Of a stretch of 40,860 bases of DNA, positions 40,053-40,860 are shown piece by piece; within the stretch, counting starts at the first letter, position 1, and each line of letters starts with the position of its first letter. Source of the stretch: Minisyncoccota bacterium (GTDB taxonomy: Bacteria; Patescibacteriota; Minisyncoccia; Phycocordibacterales; JBAZVT01); NCBI GenBank assembly GCA_041660745.1, contig JBAZVT010000004.1, forward strand, positions 1 through 40,860. The letters are read 5' to 3'. The notes below the pieces were generated by a model. It was not told the origin of the DNA. It did not search any database and worked only from the letters and a program-made list of their open reading frames with translations. Both the position numbers and the translations under genes were made by a program.

Positions 40053-40151
40053 TATTATTTTTATTTTATGCGTTATAAATCAACAAAATTCCTTTTGCCT
40101 TCTTATAGCTCGCCAGTGTACTAGAAAAAGGGAAAAAAGGCAAGCACGACT

Positions 40152-40248
40152 AGCCGTTAGTCTTTAGCTGAAAATAAATACGGACGACACCCGCAGGGTG
40201 CCGTCCGTATTTATTTTGCTAGTAGCCAAGAGCTAAAGACTAACGGCT
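40152..40248. repeat. Nested inverted repeat (18-bp perfect outer arms, about 29-bp inner hairpin); terminator of the VOC gene and/or a MITE-like element
   Basis: agccgttagtctttagct (40152-40169) pairs with agctaaagactaacggct (40231-40248). Inner aaaataaatacggacg (40171-40186) pairs with cgtccgtatttatttt (40202-40217), with caccc/gggtg at the tip. Confidence 0.8.
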
Positions 40249-40265
40249 AATAGCTTTTTGTTTTT

Positions 40266-40649
40266 TTACATCCCGATCTTGGTCTCCCACAACCCAACCA
40301 CATTCCCTTCTGTGTCCTGAACAAAAGCATATATACCCATTCCCCCCATATCTTTTGGCTCCATCACTACCTTGCCACCAGCATTTTTTATCTTACCCAA
40401 CGACGCTGTAATTGATTCAACTGTCATATATATACATATCCCTGGGACGTTCGGATTTCTTTTTACAATCCCTCCACCAATATAGCCTGGTTCCTTTGAC
40501 ATACCCTTTTCATCCAATGGTCCCGTTGTTATCATGGTGTATTGCATTTTGGGATCATCCACAATCCTCCAGCCAAACACATCCTTATAGAATTTTTTTG
40601 CACGCTCTATGTTATCTGTTGGTATTTCAAAATGTTGTACTTTGTCCAT
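40266..40649 (-). CDS. Glyoxalase/bleomycin-resistance (VOC) family protein
   Basis: VQHFEIPTDNIERAKKFYKDVFGW and a ..F.D.EGN..GLW C-terminus, typical of single-domain VOC proteins. Confidence 0.85.
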   Translation of the reverse strand: MDKVQHFEIPTDNIERAKKFYKDVFGWRIVDDPKMQYTMITTGPLDEKGMSKEPGYIGGGIVKRNPNVPGICIYMTVESITASLGKIKNAGGKVVMEPKDMGGMGIYAFVQDTEGNVVGLWETKIGM

Positions 40650-40860
40650 ACAATTTAGATATTACTATTAAGGGGAAAATTGTAAGGAAAGAGGATGAAA
40701 AATGGGTGGAGGGGAAACAAATTTTGCATTTCAATGTTGAATCTACCCAGAGCCATACGTATTCTAGTCAATAGCTTGGACGGGATTTGTAATTAATTGC
40801 ATTGGCGCGCGAAGTAAAATTCCCATGTGTAACCGTTCGTTGTTGTAGTGTTGTAAATAT

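Overview
This is a 40.9-kb, gene-dense bacterial chromosome segment. Housekeeping genes run at roughly 40% G+C on hand-counted 60-nt lines. Gene content points to a reduced-genome Patescibacteria/CPR (Parcubacteria-like) organism, but that taxonomic call is inference only. The supporting traits are shortened ValRS, PheS and EF-Ts, no tRNA with an encoded CCA, several glycosyltransferase operons, one giant Ser/Thr-rich surface protein, and almost no biosynthesis genes. Recognisable genes are pth, lepB, a degenerate HisRS-like gene, rpsU, ybeY, ftsA, ftsZ, trxB, an Nramp-like transporter, tsaD, valS, a PrsW-like protease, hsp20, a dedA/hydrolase/GT4/GT4/PAP2 envelope operon, gyrB, a P-loop kinase, pheT, pheS, a PEGA protein, a processive GT2 synthase, an APH-like kinase, an HNH endonuclease, tsf, rpsB and a VOC/glyoxalase protein. 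There are four tRNAs: Val-GAC, Glu-UUC, Ser-CGA and Thr-UGU. The most unusual observations are these. (1) The trailers of tRNA-Val, tRNA-Glu and tRNA-Ser each carry an exact 11-12-nt reverse complement of that tRNA's own T-loop plus 3' T-stem, then two or more hairpins, then a degenerate direct copy of the tRNA 3' end; together these close an 80-115-nt multi-helix module. In Val, Glu and Thr the terminator hairpin also extends into the acceptor 3' strand. (2) About 450 nt downstream of tRNA-Val is ORF-free and G+C-rich, and contains a 2 x 57-nt tandem hairpin repeat in front of a small ORF. (3) A complete NlpC/P60 cysteine-peptidase domain is inserted inside the B5 domain of PheT. (4) G+C-rich patches (1-830, 10216-10985, 11819-14420) hold single-gene cassettes with near-consensus promoters and terminators, including an NDK-like / PurM-like / adenylate-kinase-like block next to a CYTH-DUF1653 operon. 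No CRISPR array, rRNA, transposase, integrase or reverse transcriptase was seen.
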